A stretch of DNA of 19,828 bases from Candidatus Micrarchaeota archaeon. Its GTDB lineage: Archaea; B1Sed10-29; B47-G15. Each line of letters opens with the position of its first letter. Within the stretch, counting starts at the first letter, position 1. Where the stretch lies: contig QMVG01000009.1 of the NCBI GenBank assembly GCA_003660975.1, positions 1 to 19,828 of the forward strand. The letters run 5' to 3'. Position numbers and translations under genes: made by a program. This document shows positions 17,601 through 19,828 of the stretch, one piece after another. Under the pieces are notes generated by a model. It was not told where the DNA came from and searched no databases. It was given only the letters and a program-made list of their open reading frames with translations.

Positions 17601-19828
17601 TCTGGCTACTTAAACTCGATTTCAGCAGATGGGGAGGGAGACCCCTTCCCCCTTTCAATCTGCCTTTTACGCATCTGGCTACTTAAACGAGGGTGTAAAG
17701 GGCGAGCTGTATGTCTGTAGGGATGCTTTCAATCTGCCTTTTACGCATCTGGCTACTTAAACTAGGCTCACGATATGGAATGGTTCTGGAAGTTATGCTT
17801 TCAATCTGCCTTTTACGCATCTGGCTACTTAAACTGATGATGCGAGGTGGTAGGAAGTGAAAGAAATACTACTTTCAATCTGCCTTTTACGCATCTGGCT
17901 ACTTAAACGTGTTTTACTCCAAAGCACCGGGGTGAAGGATAAGAACTTTCAATCTGCCTTTTACGCATCTGGCTACTTAAACCTCAATCTCTCTATAACC
18001 TCTTCTGGAACGGGGCGACTTTCAATCTGCCTTTTACGCATCTGGCTACTTAAACCTGCCGCATCTGCGTAGTCTCTAATTTCATGTATCTTACTTTCAA
18101 TCTGCCTTTTACGCATCTGGCTACTTAAACAGAGAAGCGGGACGGACCTCTTCCGGGGGAAGATACTTTCAATCTGCCTTTTACGCATCTGGCTACTTAA
18201 ACGGGTAGGTGAAAAAATGGCCCTCGGTGCACAAGTTGCTTTCAATCTGCCTTTTACGCATCTGGCTACTTAAACTCATCGTCCTCTCCTCCTTCTTCAC
18301 CTCCTCCTTCTTTCAATCTGCCTTTTACGCATCTGGCTACTTAAACTGGGAAGTCCTGGACTTCCTGTAATCCTTTTTTTTACTTTCAATCTGCCTTTTA
18401 CGCATCTGGCTACTTAAACGAAGGCAGCCGGCACGGTCACAGGGATACTGTCTACCACCTTTCAATCTGCCTTTTACGCATCTGGCTACTTAAACGGAAC
18501 GAGCTGAAACTGCTCGGATACTCGGATCAGCTTTCAATCTGCCTTTTACGCATCTGGCTACTTAAACTCGCCGACCTCTACACCAAGCCCCTGGGCATAG
18601 GCGCTTTCAATCTGCCTTTTACGCATCTGGCTACTTAAACAATCCCCATCATCCCACTTAACCACATTAACATGCCTTTCAATCTGCCTTTTACGCATCT
18701 GGCTACTTAAACGGACAGGGGCGTCATGGGCGCCGCTGGGATCAGACTTTCAATCTGCCTTTTACGCATCTGGCTACTTAAACTAACGATAGAGGTGGCA
18801 TGGGGCGATAAGGATGATTCTTTCAATCTGCCTTTTACGCATCTGGCTACTTAAACTGTTAATGTACCTGCTGTTACCTATGGTTACCAGCTTCTTTCAA
18901 TCTGCCTTTTACGCATCTGGCTACTTAAACGGCGAATACATATTTAGCAAGTTCAAAGAGCTGATGATCTTTCAATCTGCCTTTTACGCATCTGGCTACT
19001 TAAACGGATGCTCCCATATCTCCGTGTCCGCATCCGCCCCAAGACTTTCAATCTGCCTTTTACGCATCTGGCTACTTAAACCCTTTCCGCTCAGATAATA
19101 CGCATAAAGATACCAAACTTTCAATCTGCCTTTTACGCATCTGGCTACTTAAACACGGTAATAGAACTTCATTAAAGTAGAACTATTACCTTTCAATCTG
19201 CCTTTTACGCATCTGGCTACTTAAACTCAGGGATATGACCAGAGAGGCAATTCTTACCCTTCTCTTTCAATCTGCCTTTTACGCATCTGGCTACTTAAAC
19301 AGTGGAAAGGCCGATAAGAGAAATAGATTTGTCTCCCCTTTCAATCTGCCTTTTACGCATCTGGCTACTTAAACGGTGAAAGGATGGAGATGGAATATAA
19401 GGGAATGTGCCTTTCAATCTGCCTTTTACGCATCTGGCTACTTAAACTAGAGAGAGAACAAACAGAGACTATGGAGCTATACAACTTTCAATCTGCCTTT
19501 TACGCATCTGGCTACTTAAACGTCTATTGAGCGATCTAACCCCGGATAATCTTGGATATCTTTCAATCTGCCTTTTACGCATCTGGCTACTTAAACCTTT
19601 AATTTAATTAATACTTAATATTATAGAGAAGGTCTTTCAATCTGCCTTTTACGCATCTGGCTACTTAAACCTGCTTCGCGCGGAGGGACGCATATTTAGC
19701 TGGGACTTTCAATCTGCCTTTTACGCATCTGGCTACTTAAACCGCCGGGCATCAGTACGACGTCACGTACAAGAGCACTTTCAATCTGCCTTTTACGCAT
19801 CTGGCTACTTAAACGGGGGGAACTGTTC
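14642..19828 (-). CRISPR. CRISPR array; 37 bp repeat GTTTAAGTAGCCAGATGCGTAAAAGGCAGATTGAAAG (minus strand); 71 repeats, 70 complete spacers of 34-39 bp; truncated by the window end
   Basis: Plus-strand unit CTTTCAATCTGCCTTTTACGCATCTGGCTACTTAAAC recurs about every 73 bp from 14716 to 19814 (70 full copies, none seen to vary), plus one degenerate copy. The ATTGAAAG 3' end and the degenerate left copy give the minus orientation, with the leader beyond the right edge. Confidence 0.99.

Noticed and set aside
14615-19098. ORFs in the array region (LSICLLRIWLLK, FQSAFYASGYLN and LSSQMRKRQIE peptides)
   Set aside because: They are translations of CRISPR repeats and spacers.
17396-19705. Short matches of spacers to the repeat (CTGCCTTTT, CGCATCTG) and a CATATTTAGC shared by two spacers
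   Set aside because: Only 8-10 nt with no extension, plausibly chance. No self-targeting of the window was seen by eye, though that check was not exhaustive.

Overview
Archaeal-looking locus (GGAGGTGA Shine-Dalgarno sites, TATA-like boxes). The left edge holds the 5' end of a minus-strand truA-like gene and a GC-rich palindromic intergenic stretch. An AT-rich, tightly coupled plus-strand CRISPR-Cas operon follows (366-13446). It is a type I module, most like I-B/Tneap: small orphan ORF, divergent cas8, separately encoded cas11-like gene, DevR/Cst2-type cas7, cas5 and HD-helicase cas3. A complete six-gene type III-C Cmr module (cmr1-cmr6-cas10/csx11-cmr4-cmr5-cmr3) is nested between cas7 and cas5. 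The Cas10 keeps its HD nuclease residues but lacks GGDD. After cas3 come a GC-rich ~160 bp segment that looks like a rearrangement scar or structured RNA, a Cys-cluster cas6 with a candidate promoter of its own, and a CRISPR array running off the right edge. The array has a 37 bp repeat, 71 repeats and 70 complete spacers by manual count, and is probably transcribed on the minus strand. No cas1/cas2/cas4 or CARF effector gene is in the window. All family calls come from motifs read by eye; no searches were run.
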